Below are positions 10,268 through 20,300 of a stretch of 57,859 nucleotides of DNA, piece by piece. This DNA comes from Flavobacteriaceae bacterium (GTDB lineage: Bacteria > Bacteroidota > Bacteroidia > Flavobacteriales > Flavobacteriaceae): the NCBI GenBank assembly GCA_028277085.1, contig JANQHL010000230.1, forward strand, positions 1-57,859, written 5' to 3'. Both the position numbers and the translations under genes were made by a program. The stretch's first letter is position 1; every line of letters begins with the position of its first letter. Below the pieces are notes generated by a model. It saw only the letters and a list, made by a program, of their open reading frames with translations, had not been told where the DNA came from and did not search any database.

Positions 10268-11187
10268 TAATCCTGAACTATTATTTTTTTACTATCACAC
10301 TTGCCGTATTCCGGTTGAATATTCACGTGATTGATACCGTATTTCCGCGACATTTCTTCCTCTATTTTATTCAGAATGATGTCAAATTCGGATAATTTAA
10401 TATCATTTTCAAAGTCAATATGAGCTTCCAAATGCACTTCATCTTCATTTAACTGCCAGATATGTACATGATGCATGTTCTTCACCTGGTCCATTTGCGT
10501 AACAGTACTAACAATTTCATTCACCGTAACCGATTTAGGTGTAAACAACATTAGCATCTTGGTTGATTCCTTTAACAAGCTATACCCCACATAAATCAGG
10601 TATATCGCAATAATTAGCGTTAATAAAGGATCAATCCAATACAGCTGAAAGTATTTCATTAAGATCCCACCTAATAGGACTGCAATAGAAGCCATCATGT
10701 CCGTTAATAAATGTAAATAAGCCGACTTCATGTTCATGTTTACACCAGCATCTTTCCGTAGGAGCAACACACTAAAGCCATTGGCTAAAATCCCAACTAG
10801 TGAGAGCAAAATCACTAATTCCGACACGACCTGTTGTGGTTCTAAAAACCGCTTAATCGCCTCAATGATCAAAACCACGGATATGACCATTAAGGTAGCC
10901 GAATTCACGAAGGCTGCAATAATTTCTGCTCGCTTATATCCAAATGTTCTGGCGGTTGATGCTTTTTTCCGAGATAATAAATTCGCCAGATAACTAATTA
11001 TCAGTGAAAGAACATCGCTAAAATTATGAAGTGCATCAGAAAGTAAGGAGAGGCTTCCTGAAACAATACCCCCTATTAACTGAGCGACAGTAATTAACGT
11101 ATTTAAAACGATAGAAACACCCAGATTCCTACCACTTACCTGATGTTTGTGATGCTGATGCTCAGAATCCTGATACCTCATGAACAA
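10267..11187 (-). CDS. Cation diffusion facilitator (CzcD/ZitB-like Zn/Co/Cd exporter)
   Basis: SLSLLSDALHNFSD, TFGYKRAE, SAYLHLLTD, His-rich N-terminus and HHVHIW. Confidence 0.92.
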   Translation of the reverse strand: MFMRYQDSEHQHHKHQVSGRNLGVSIVLNTLITVAQLIGGIVSGSLSLLSDALHNFSDVLSLIISYLANLLSRKKASTARTFGYKRAEIIAAFVNSATLMVISVVLIIEAIKRFLEPQQVVSELVILLSLVGILANGFSVLLLRKDAGVNMNMKSAYLHLLTDMMASIAVLLGGILMKYFQLYWIDPLLTLIIAIYLIYVGYSLLKESTKMLMLFTPKSVTVNEIVSTVTQMDQVKNMHHVHIWQLNEDEVHLEAHIDFENDIKLSEFDIILNKIEEEMSRKYGINHVNIQPEYGKCDSKKIIVQD

Positions 11188-11193
11188 AGGACT

Positions 11194-11625
11194 TTACCGA
11201 CAAGGTATTTTTTCAATCCTTCTTTCATGACGTCCTCCTTCAAATGCTGTGCTTAAAAAAGTATCCACCATCTCCAAAGCCTGTGTTAGTGCGATAAACC
11301 TTGCAGGAAGGCTTAATATGTTTGCATCATTATGTTCCCTGGCTAAAGCTGTAATTTCTTTGTTCCAACATAATGCACCACGCACACCTTGGTGTTTATT
11401 TACGGTCATTGTTGCCCCATTACCACTCCCACAAATAACAATACCCAAATCTACTTTTCCCTGCTGCACATCCAATGCTACTGGATGAACAAAATCTGGA
11501 TAATCCACACTATCCGATCCATCCGTACCGTAGTTATTCACCTCAATGCCCTGTGATTTTAACATTCCAACAATAGCCAATTTGTATTCCGTACCTGCAT
11601 GGTCATTTCCAATAGCAATTTTCAT
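11194..11625 (-). CDS. rpiB: Ribose-5-phosphate isomerase B
   Basis: MKIAIGNDHAG, DYPD, ICGSGNG, AREHNDAN and FEGGRHERR. Start moved to the internal ATG at 11625. Confidence 0.95.
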   Translation of the reverse strand: MKIAIGNDHAGTEYKLAIVGMLKSQGIEVNNYGTDGSDSVDYPDFVHPVALDVQQGKVDLGIVICGSGNGATMTVNKHQGVRGALCWNKEITALAREHNDANILSLPARFIALTQALEMVDTFLSTAFEGGRHERRIEKIPCR

Positions 11626-11664
11626 AGTCAAAGGATTGATAATGGGTTCTTCATAAAGGTACAA

Positions 11665-12216
11665 TACTTTTTATTTGACAGCGTTCAAAAACCCTTATAA
11701 ATTATTGTAGATAATTAAATATCAACAGTTTAAGAATTACTACAATTGTTGATATTCTTACAAAAAAAATAGAGTAATAAAGTTGGATAAGTGCCTCAAA
11801 ATTTTCAATACCACTTTTTAGATAAACTTAAGTTGATATTTTATTAAAAATTAACCAACAATTTTTAAACGTTAAGCACCTGGAATTAACATTAATCTAA
11901 TACTAAGTTATCGATAAATTTATGTTGAAATGTAATTCCAAAAGACGTTCATAACAAAAGTAACCTCCTGATTAGTAATACACAGACAAATTCATAAACT
12001 GTCAACAAAGTTTATTTTCTGTTGAAGTCAAGATTTTTTAGAAAAATTTATATCACAAATTCACAGGCTATCATATACTCCTAAAGTGAAATTTTAAATA
12101 ACAAAAAAGCATATTATTTAATAGTATATGTTAACAATTTTTGATTCTAAAAAAAGATATAGCAGTGTAAAAATTGTGAGAACATATAATTTGTAATTTC
12201 ATTTAAATTTTGCTGA
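11665..12216. other. Candidate chromosomal replication origin (oriC)
   Basis: Very AT-rich spacer between divergent rpiB and rnr. Degenerate DnaA boxes include TGTAGATAA 11706, ATATCAACA 11719, TGTTGATAT 11747, GTTGGATAA 11782, AGTTGATAT 11831 and CTGTCAACA 11999. The module TATATCACA-AATTCACA-GGC-TAT-CAT at 12049-12074 is followed by an AT-rich tract. parS sites and mnmG lie ~35 kb away. Confidence 0.75.
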
Positions 12217-14406
12217 ATGTCTAAAAAGAAAAAACGTGCCAGAGGTCAACGTAAAAATGAAATTACCAAGGGTATATTTACTGTTCTGGAGGAAGAACCT
12301 GGCAAAAGTTTTAATTACAAGCAAATAGCAGCAAAGCTTAGTATTTCTGACACTCAGGGAAGGAATGAGTTGATTAAGAGGCTGGGGCAACTCAAGGAAA
12401 AAGGAAGAATTACCGAAACGGTCCGGGGAAAATATCAGAAATACCCTTCTGAAAAAATTGTGTTTGAAGGGAAAGTGGATGTAGCGCTTAATGGTAATGC
12501 TTACATTATCGTAGAGAATATTGAGGAAGACGTATTTGTACCGAATACAAGGCTTAATAAGGCTTTTCATGGGGACCAGGTTGAAATTACTTTAAAGCGA
12601 AATAAAAAAGGAAAAAGGCCTGAAGGAGAAGTGCAAAAAATCTTAAAGCGGGCCAAGACCAATTATGTAGGTATACTGGAATTACACAAAACTTTTGCTT
12701 TTGTCAGGCCAACGGATCCTAAAATGTATTCTGATATTTTTATACCTCAAGAGAAGATAAATAAGGCTGCAAATGGAGATAAGGTGGTCGTGGCTTTAGG
12801 AGAATGGCCGGAAGGTGCGGATTCTCCATATGGTAGTGTGGTAAAGGTTTTAGGAAAACCAGGAGAACATGGAGCCGAAATTCATGGTATTTTGGCGGAG
12901 TATGGGCTCCCCTATGAGTTTCCTTATGAGGTGCAGCAGTATGCAGATAGTATAGATACCGGTATCAAAGAAGAGGAAGTTGCTAAGCGCAGGGACATGA
13001 GAGGTGAACTTACGTTTACCATTGATCCTAAGGATGCTAAGGATTTTGATGATGCATTGTCCTTGAAAGTACTGGATAATGGTAATTACGAAATTGGAAT
13101 TCACATTGCAGATGTATCACATTATGTGATTCCTGAAACGCTACTTGATGATGAGGCCTATAACAGAGCAACATCGATTTATCTTGTTGACAGGGTAGTA
13201 CCAATGCTCCCAGAAATTCTTTCGAATAACGCCTGTTCCCTAAGGCCACATGAAGACAAATACACATTTTCAGCGGTTTTTGAAATGGATACTTCTGCTG
13301 TGGTTCGAAAAGAATGGTACGGAAGAACAGCAATTAATTCAGATGAGCGCTTTTCTTATGAAGAGGCGCAATATGTTATTGAAACAGAATCTGAGGTTAT
13401 TCCTGAAGAAGTTTCGATTCGGACAGGAGCTTATAGCATTTCAAGTGAAGTATCGGAGGCAATTCTTTCCTTAAACCAACTGGCTAAAATAATGAGGGAA
13501 AGAAGAATGGAAGCAGGTGCGATCTCTTTTGATAAAATTGAAGTTAAATTTAATTTGGATAACGAAAACAATCCGGAAAGTGTTTATTTTAAAGAGGCCA
13601 AGGAAGCGAATAAACTGATTGAGGAATTTATGCTCCTGGCTAATCGAAAAGTTGCAGAATTTATAGGAAAACAAAAACCAAAGAAAACTTTTGTTTACAG
13701 GGTCCATGACGAACCGGATGAAGAAAAATTAATCGCACTTAACGGAGTAATTTCCAAATTTGGCCATCATGTTGATATGAGAAGTCGTACAGCAATAAAT
13801 AACTCTCTAAACAAAATCCTGGAGGATGTAAGAGGAAAAAAAGAGCAGAATTTGGTGGATACTTTAGCAATAAGAAGCATGAGTAAAGCAACTTATACCA
13901 CTGATAATATCGGACATTATGGTTTGGCTTTCGAGTATTACACCCATTTTACCTCTCCTATAAGACGGTATCCGGATGTTTTAGTGCATAGATTATTGGC
14001 TAACTATTTGAATAACCAAAAGTCGCCTCCGGAAAAGATTTACGAAGAACTGTGCAAACATTCTTCTGATATGGAACTGCTTGCAGCGAGTGCAGAACGG
14101 GATTCCATAAAATACATGCAAATTAAGTATATGGAGGATCATGCAGATAAAGATTTTTTGGGAGTGATCTCTGGGGTAACCGAATGGGGGATTTATGTGG
14201 AGATTATGGAGAATAAATGTGAAGGAATGGTTCGCATTCGTGATATCAAGGATGATTATTACATTTTTGACGAAAGACAATATGCGATTGTTGGAGAACG
14301 TTTCGGGGAAATATATCAACTTGGAGATGAGGTAGTAGTCAGGGTGAAAAGTACGGATTTGATAAAGCGACACCTAGATTTTAGCCTTGTTGGAAGAAAT
14401 ATGTAA
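12217..14406 (+). CDS. rnr: Ribonuclease R
   Basis: FTIDPKDAKDFDDA (RNB catalytic), IEEFMLLAN, YTHFTSPIRRYPD, cold-shock domains and C-terminal S1. Confidence 0.96.
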   Translation: MSKKKKRARGQRKNEITKGIFTVLEEEPGKSFNYKQIAAKLSISDTQGRNELIKRLGQLKEKGRITETVRGKYQKYPSEKIVFEGKVDVALNGNAYIIVENIEEDVFVPNTRLNKAFHGDQVEITLKRNKKGKRPEGEVQKILKRAKTNYVGILELHKTFAFVRPTDPKMYSDIFIPQEKINKAANGDKVVVALGEWPEGADSPYGSVVKVLGKPGEHGAEIHGILAEYGLPYEFPYEVQQYADSIDTGIKEEEVAKRRDMRGELTFTIDPKDAKDFDDALSLKVLDNGNYEIGIHIADVSHYVIPETLLDDEAYNRATSIYLVDRVVPMLPEILSNNACSLRPHEDKYTFSAVFEMDTSAVVRKEWYGRTAINSDERFSYEEAQYVIETESEVIPEEVSIRTGAYSISSEVSEAILSLNQLAKIMRERRMEAGAISFDKIEVKFNLDNENNPESVYFKEAKEANKLIEEFMLLANRKVAEFIGKQKPKKTFVYRVHDEPDEEKLIALNGVISKFGHHVDMRSRTAINNSLNKILEDVRGKKEQNLVDTLAIRSMSKATYTTDNIGHYGLAFEYYTHFTSPIRRYPDVLVHRLLANYLNNQKSPPEKIYEELCKHSSDMELLAASAERDSIKYMQIKYMEDHADKDFLGVISGVTEWGIYVEIMENKCEGMVRIRDIKDDYYIFDERQYAIVGERFGEIYQLGDEVVVRVKSTDLIKRHLDFSLVGRNM

Positions 14407-14464
14407 TACTTTTTCTACAAGAAAGGAGTTTATGAGATACGAACTCATGTATTCATTTGAAGTT

Positions 14465-15148
14465 ATGAAAACACATTTACTTCCTTTATTATTTGTAGTA
14501 GTCACAGTAAGTGGTATTGGTCAGGAGGGAAAAATTATCAGAGAACTTGAAACTTTTCAGCAGCTCAAGGTGTTTGATGGGATATCGGTTAATCTGATCA
14601 GATCAGAAGAAAGTAAAGCGATCATTACAGGCGCCAATACCCATAAGGTAGCTATTGTAAATAGGAATGGTGTACTCAAAATCCGGATGGAAGTTGACAA
14701 GATTTTTAGCGGTTACCGTACATTTCTTGATCTTTATCATACGGAACCACTCACGATTATTGATGTAAATGAGGACGCCAGAATACATTCTAAAGAGACT
14801 ATTGCCCAGAAAGTTCTGGAATTAAAAGCTCAAGAAGGAGGAGAACTGGAACTTAATTGTCAAACGGAACAATTATTGGTGAAAGCAGTAACCGGAGGAG
14901 ATGTTATTGTTAAAGGATTTACGGATAATCAAGACATTATCATCAATACTGGAGGTACGTATCAAGGAAGTGGATTTAAAAGTAGATTTACAACGGTATC
15001 CGTGAATGCCGGTGGCAATGCAGAAGTTTATGCTACCAAATATGTAAAAGCTGATGTAAAAGCTGGTGGGGTGGTTAAAGTGTATGGAGATCCGGAAAAA
15101 ATGGATGAGAAAACTGTTTTTGGAGGAAGGGTGGAAAGGGTAGATTAA
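14465..15148 (+). CDS. DUF2807 / head GIN-domain beta-helix protein
   Basis: Signal peptide from the ATG at 14465; repeated (A/T/N)xGGx turns; ends VYGDP...FGG.V. Confidence 0.75.
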   Translation: MKTHLLPLLFVVVTVSGIGQEGKIIRELETFQQLKVFDGISVNLIRSEESKAIITGANTHKVAIVNRNGVLKIRMEVDKIFSGYRTFLDLYHTEPLTIIDVNEDARIHSKETIAQKVLELKAQEGGELELNCQTEQLLVKAVTGGDVIVKGFTDNQDIIINTGGTYQGSGFKSRFTTVSVNAGGNAEVYATKYVKADVKAGGVVKVYGDPEKMDEKTVFGGRVERVD

Positions 15149-15153
15149 GAGTT

Positions 15154-15813
15154 ATGATCGAAGATATACAAGCTGCAATTCCTTTAGGGCTTTTATTAAG
15201 CTTTATGATAGGCCCTGTTTTCTTCGTGTTGTTAGAAACGGGGGCAACAAAAGGATTTAGAGCTGCAGTTTGTGTTGATGTTGGGGTGATATTGGCAGAT
15301 ATCCTATTTATTCTCGTGGCCTACTTCAGCAGTTTTCAATTACTTGAAAACTTGAGCAACCAGCCCGGATTGTATGTTTTTGGAGGTATGATCCTTTTGG
15401 TGTACGGTATCGTTGTATTCGCTCAAAAACAAGCCAAAAATCAGAAACAAAAGAAGTTAAAGGGAACGTATTTTGGATTAATCGTTAAGGGTTTTTTGTT
15501 GAATTTTATCAATATCGGGGTGTTGGTATTTTGGTTGGGGGTACTCATCGTAGTAGGTCCAAGTTTAAACAATGATCCCAAACGTATTTTGACTTTTTTT
15601 ACTGCATTGATCGTTACGTACTTCGTGGTCGATATGATTAAGATAGTCCTCGCAAAGCAACTGAAACGAAAACTGACCCAATCCAGGATTCGGTGGGTTA
15701 AAAAGGGCCTGGGAATAGTTTTGATGCTTTGCGGAATGGTATTAATTACGAAAGGATTTTTACCTAAAGACAGGTTTAATGTCCAGGATGGAATAGAACG
15801 GATCAATAAGTAA
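15154..15813 (+). CDS. LysE-family translocator
   Basis: IGPVFFVLLETG..KGFRA and GFLLNFIN; about 6 TM helices. Confidence 0.85.
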   Translation: MIEDIQAAIPLGLLLSFMIGPVFFVLLETGATKGFRAAVCVDVGVILADILFILVAYFSSFQLLENLSNQPGLYVFGGMILLVYGIVVFAQKQAKNQKQKKLKGTYFGLIVKGFLLNFINIGVLVFWLGVLIVVGPSLNNDPKRILTFFTALIVTYFVVDMIKIVLAKQLKRKLTQSRIRWVKKGLGIVLMLCGMVLITKGFLPKDRFNVQDGIERINK

Positions 15814-15840
15814 AAAAGCTTCCGAAAAAGGAAGCTTTTT
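15813..15840. terminator. Bidirectional intrinsic terminator between LysE and tRNA-Cys
   Basis: AAAAAGCTTCC-GAAAAA-GGAAGCTTTTT between convergent genes. Confidence 0.8.
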
Positions 15841-15843
15841 AAG

Positions 15844-15914
15844 AGGCATCGAGCGGATTCGAACCGCTGTACAAGCTTTTGCAGAGCTGTGCCTAGCCAC
15901 TCGGCCACGATGCC
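15844..15914 (-). tRNA. tRNA-Cys (GCA)
   Basis: Acceptor stem GGCATCG/CGATGCC with U73 discriminator, anticodon loop CT-GCA-AA, T-loop GGTTCGAATCC; CCA not encoded. Confidence 0.96.
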
Positions 15915-15924
15915 ATTCAGACTA

Positions 15925-15932
15925 CAAAGGTA
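15925..15932 (-). promoter_or_regulatory. Bacteroidota -7 promoter element for tRNA-Cys
   Basis: TACCTTTG on the minus strand (TAnnTTTG), 10 nt upstream of the tRNA. Confidence 0.7.
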
Positions 15933-15963
15933 TCACTCTAATCGCTCCTTTCCAAAAGGGGAT

Positions 15964-16323
15964 CTACCGGTTTTCTTTGAAAAGAATCACAGTAACACTT
16001 TCTACGTCTCCGCCAATTGGAGGATTAATTTTGGAAACTGCTATTTCTGCGGTAGTTACCACAGGAGCTTCTGCAAATATTCGATCTAGAATTCGCTTTG
16101 CTACATGTTCTAATAGCTTAGACTTCATTCCCATTTCTTCTTTGACAATATTATTCAAGAGGACGTAATCAACAGTATCTTTTAAACGATCCGTTTCGGA
16201 AGGTTTAGAAAGATCGGTTGCTACTTCAATATCTACCCGATAATCACTACCAATCAGGCGCTCTTCAGGTAAACAACCGTGCCATGCATGAACCCGTATA
16301 TTATTAATTTTTATTTTGCCCAT
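15964..16323 (-). CDS. folB: Dihydroneopterin aldolase
   Basis: HGCLPEER..G, D.L.DTVDY, LLEHVA and KINPPI. Confidence 0.95.
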   Translation of the reverse strand: MGKIKINNIRVHAWHGCLPEERLIGSDYRVDIEVATDLSKPSETDRLKDTVDYVLLNNIVKEEMGMKSKLLEHVAKRILDRIFAEAPVVTTAEIAVSKINPPIGGDVESVTVILFKENR

Positions 16324-16339
16324 ATGTAAAAAATGTAGG

Positions 16340-16347
16340 CAAAATTA
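16340..16347 (-). promoter_or_regulatory. -7 promoter element for folB
   Basis: TAATTTTG on the minus strand, 16 nt upstream of the folB ATG. Confidence 0.6.
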
Positions 16348-16368
16348 AGGGAATACAATGGAACTAAC

Positions 16369-17343
16369 TCAATAGGTACACCTACAGTTGCTAATGCCTT
16401 GAAATAGATCCATACCAACGGTCAACACATGGGTTCCGGAACTATATCCTAAAATTTCATTGGCAATTACCTGATAAGAGTATCCAAAATAAAAATTGCT
16501 CTTTTTCAATCCTGCTATTGGGGCGATATAAAGCGGAGTCCCAATCTGATCATTCAAAAAACGGTATGTTAACCCTAGGTAGTAATAATCTTCAAAGTCA
16601 TGAAAACGGAATTTAGTGTTTAAATCCGTTACGGACCGACCATCACTTTCAAACCATTGAAAAAACACGGAGGGCTCTACCTCTATCTTACTGTTGTTGT
16701 TTTTAGAAAAACTATAGCCGGTATAGACATAATAGTTGCGCAGGGTGTTGGGCTCAAAAATTGGATTGAAAGTAGCTAAGTCTTTGTTAAGCAGATTGGA
16801 TGCGTTAAGGCTGAAATAAAACTTATCATACCGATACAATACCCCAACATCAAAATTGTGATTGGTCGTAGCGCGATCATCGGTTACCCCGGGATCATTG
16901 TTGTTCGTGAAATTTTCAATGTCAATTCTAAACTGATTGAAATTATAACTGATCCCAAAAGAAAGGAATTCATCATCGTAACGATCCAGGGTCAAGTGGT
17001 GGGCAAAGGAAACCCGTGACCCCCGTTGCTTCGTCTCTCCATTACTATCATTATACAACAACAACCCGATGCCGGATCGATTGCCTATTCTGGCATCGGC
17101 AGCCAGTGTTTGTGTATCCGGCGCATCTTCAATACCCACCCATTGGGTTAATCCGTTCAGCCTAACTTTAATGTGATCACCAATCCCTGCATAGGTGGGC
17201 GACATTAAAAAGGGGTTATCTGCAATATACTGCGACAGTTGCGGAATGGTCAGTTCCTGGCCTCTTGCCATTAAGCCAATGAGCAGCAACAGGGTTAAGA
17301 TTTGGGTCTTCTTCATGGGGCAATAGGTTAATTCTTTTGTCAT
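16369..17343 (-). CDS. sprF: PorP/SprF-family T9SS outer-membrane beta-barrel (SprF-like)
   Basis: P.YAG, QWVGIEDAP.TQ, D.NG, FGYSY and GTH motifs; immediately downstream of sprB with an ATGA overlap. An alternative start is at 17316. Confidence 0.85.
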   Translation of the reverse strand: MTKELTYCPMKKTQILTLLLLIGLMARGQELTIPQLSQYIADNPFLMSPTYAGIGDHIKVRLNGLTQWVGIEDAPDTQTLAADARIGNRSGIGLLLYNDSNGETKQRGSRVSFAHHLTLDRYDDEFLSFGISYNFNQFRIDIENFTNNNDPGVTDDRATTNHNFDVGVLYRYDKFYFSLNASNLLNKDLATFNPIFEPNTLRNYYVYTGYSFSKNNNSKIEVEPSVFFQWFESDGRSVTDLNTKFRFHDFEDYYYLGLTYRFLNDQIGTPLYIAPIAGLKKSNFYFGYSYQVIANEILGYSSGTHVLTVGMDLFQGISNCRCTY

Positions 17344-20300
17344 CTGTACAGGGTAAAATGTCCGACAAACTCTCTGTCATCATTTTCGCCTTGCAACTTT
17401 ATGATATACCAGTAATCTCCGGTTGGAAGATCTGCACTATTATATATTCCATTCCATCCGGTGTCCCCGTAACCCATTCGATAGAGCTCTCTACCATAAC
17501 GGTCAAAAATGATCATTAGTACATTGGGGAAGGCTTCCAGATTCTCAGGAATCCAGTAATCGTTCATTCCGTCTCCATCTGGAGTAAAGAAGTTAGGCAC
17601 TTCAATATCAATGAATTCCATCTCGATCTCGGCAGAGACCTCACATCCTAAACTATCGATTACGGTAACGAGGTACGTATCTGTTCTGTTGATAATATAG
17701 GTATTGTCAGTACCATTATCATTTCCATCAAAAATGATGGTATAGTCCGGTGATCCTCCATTAACTACTGCAGTGATTTCGTTAATGTTATTTTGCTCCA
17801 GCATCAAGGTTAATGGCTCAAAGCTTTCAATCACAAAATCGATAGTATTCATACAACCATTGGCGTGGACTAGGGTCAAATAATGGTCGCCAGGGGCTAT
17901 GTTGGTAAAATCGGGAGTTAGCTGAAGATCGGCGGGATCGGTTGAGTCTAATGCATATAGCACATCTCCACTTACTGAAGAATCTTCAAGCGTCACCTCC
18001 AAAGTGTTTTCCGGAATCACACCGTTGCACGTATATATCGGAATAACCGTTGCATTCAGATTTACCCCGGGGTTGATTTCTACAATAACGTTAGCTTCAC
18101 AGTCCTGTTCATCCCTAATAAAGACCACGTGGGTTCCTGCTGGCAGGTTGCTGAAGGTCAACTGATCCTGTACATAATCGGCGTCATTATTAGTGTTCAG
18201 ACTTGTACGATACGGTGCGGTTCCTCCCGTGATTTCCAGATCAAAAGACCCATCGGCATCACCTACACACACCTCATGCTGGATGTTGATTGCGCTAGCT
18301 GCAATCGGATCTGGTTCGATAATAGGGAATTGGAACGTGATAAAGCAGCCATTTCTGTCCTGCGCGATAACGTCGTATACCCCTGGAGCTAACCCGGTGA
18401 AGGTATTTACTGTATCAAACTGGTTCAGATTGGGAGTTATAGCGTAGAAGATCTCACCTGTTCCTCCGGAAACTTCTACGGTAATAGTACCATCATCCAA
18501 ACCGGAGCAAGTCACATCGGTGAATTCTTCCCGATCCACTTGTAGGGGTATCGGATCCATAATTGGGATAGGATTGGGAGTGGTCGTTTCACAATCCTGG
18601 CTGATCACTCGTATGTAGTAATTACCCGCCGCCAAACCGCTAAAGGTATTGTTAGCAATGGGTCCTACTATCGGAGCTGAAGTTGCAGGGTCCGCATCGT
18701 ATAACTCATAGAAGTAATCTCCCAAACCACCGCTGGCATTCGCGATAATAGTAGCCGATGCCTCACCGGTACAATTGATGAATGCAGCGCTATCGTCAAT
18801 ATCAAGCGCTAAAGGAGGTACAGGGTCTACAGTGATCTCATTGGAGATCATCGCTTCACAACTGTTGGCATCCCGGATGGTATATTGATACGTCGCTGCG
18901 GGCACACCCGTAAACGTATGCGTATTTCCTCCATTGAAATTGATCCAGGTAGCCGTTGCAATATCAAAATATTGATAGGTGCCGGTAGTATCACCACCTG
19001 TGGCGGTCAGTAACAAGCTGGCATCAGTGGTACACGTCCTTGGGGCGGTCTGTATCAAATTGGCCATTACCTCCGCAGGCTGATCGATTTCCACCTGACC
19101 TGTGGTGACATCACAATTCCAACCATCGGATACCGTAATACTATACACTCCTGCGCCAAGATTATTAAAGGTATTACTGGATTGGAATCCTGAAGTAGCT
19201 ATTGGAGTCATATCCCCAAAATTGGCGTACACATTGAGTTGGTACTGGTAGGTGCCACTTCCTCCAGTGGGCAAGTCTGCTGATACGGAAGCATTGGTGT
19301 CTCCATAACAGGTAAGCGTTACAGGTGGACTGATGTCGGTAACGATTGAAGGAGGAATAGATAATGTTAGGATATCGTGTCGACTTATTGTACAACCCCC
19401 ATCATCTGTGATTTGAACATCATAATCACCTGCCGAAAGCCCGGAGAACACAAATTCGACCACATCGTTTTCCGTATAACTCTGACCTGTAGTGGTATTG
19501 GTCAATACAATGTCGTAAGGAGCATAGCCACCTGAAGGAGTTACTCTAATCTCACCCTGATCGTTGGTACAGGTAACATTAGCAACCTCATCAACAGTAA
19601 CATCCAATTGCATATCCGGAGAAATAATGGTCACTGTATTTGAGGGGTCAACGCAACCGGTGGCTGGGTCCTCGGTAACCTCAACATAGTAATTTCCTCC
19701 AACTAATAATGATGTGGGATCAGGGATAGCGAAGGGATTGGTACTTGTATTTCCGTTTCCGGTTAGCACCGTTGTTCCATCCGTTCGATATACGATGTAA
19801 GAATATGGGCCGCTATATCCGGTTACGTCTATTTCTATAGTTCCCGCATCAGTAAAACAGATGGCAGGAGCGGTTGCTGTTGCCTCCACATGAATCAGAT
19901 CGTAAGGCGCAATGGTATAGGGAGCGGTATCCACATAACATCCGGTAACAGTATCGGTTATCCTAAACGTATAGGTGCCAACATCGGTCAATTCAAATAC
20001 CGCACTTGTAGACGACGGGTTGGATGTCAAACTTCCGGCAGGATTTCCAACAGGGAGTAATTCGAAATCATAGACATTTCCTGGGTGGCCATTGTCTGTT
20101 ATGGTAAGTAGCACCTCTTCAGGGTTCACACAGGTTATTGCCAGGTTTTGTGTGGCTGCAACGGTAAACGTATTGATTGGATCTATGGTCGGTACGATCG
20201 CTGTGGTTGTACAACCGTTGTCATCAACAACGTAGACCGTAATGTTCCGTACCATACCGTTATCAATGATCTCAAATGTATTTGAGGTCTGGAAATTCAC

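Noticed and set aside
11626-11664. N-terminal extensions in the ORF track (rpiB, and likewise DUF2807, SPFH, Skp and holB)
   Set aside because: Family-typical N-termini begin at downstream ATGs, and some extensions run through promoter elements.
15441-15908. 155-aa minus-strand ORF
   Set aside because: It starts inside tRNA-Cys, crosses a terminator and is antisense to the LysE gene; a shadow ORF.
18121-18136. CCACGTGG core inside sprB
   Set aside because: The flanks lack the TGTT/AACA arms required for parS.
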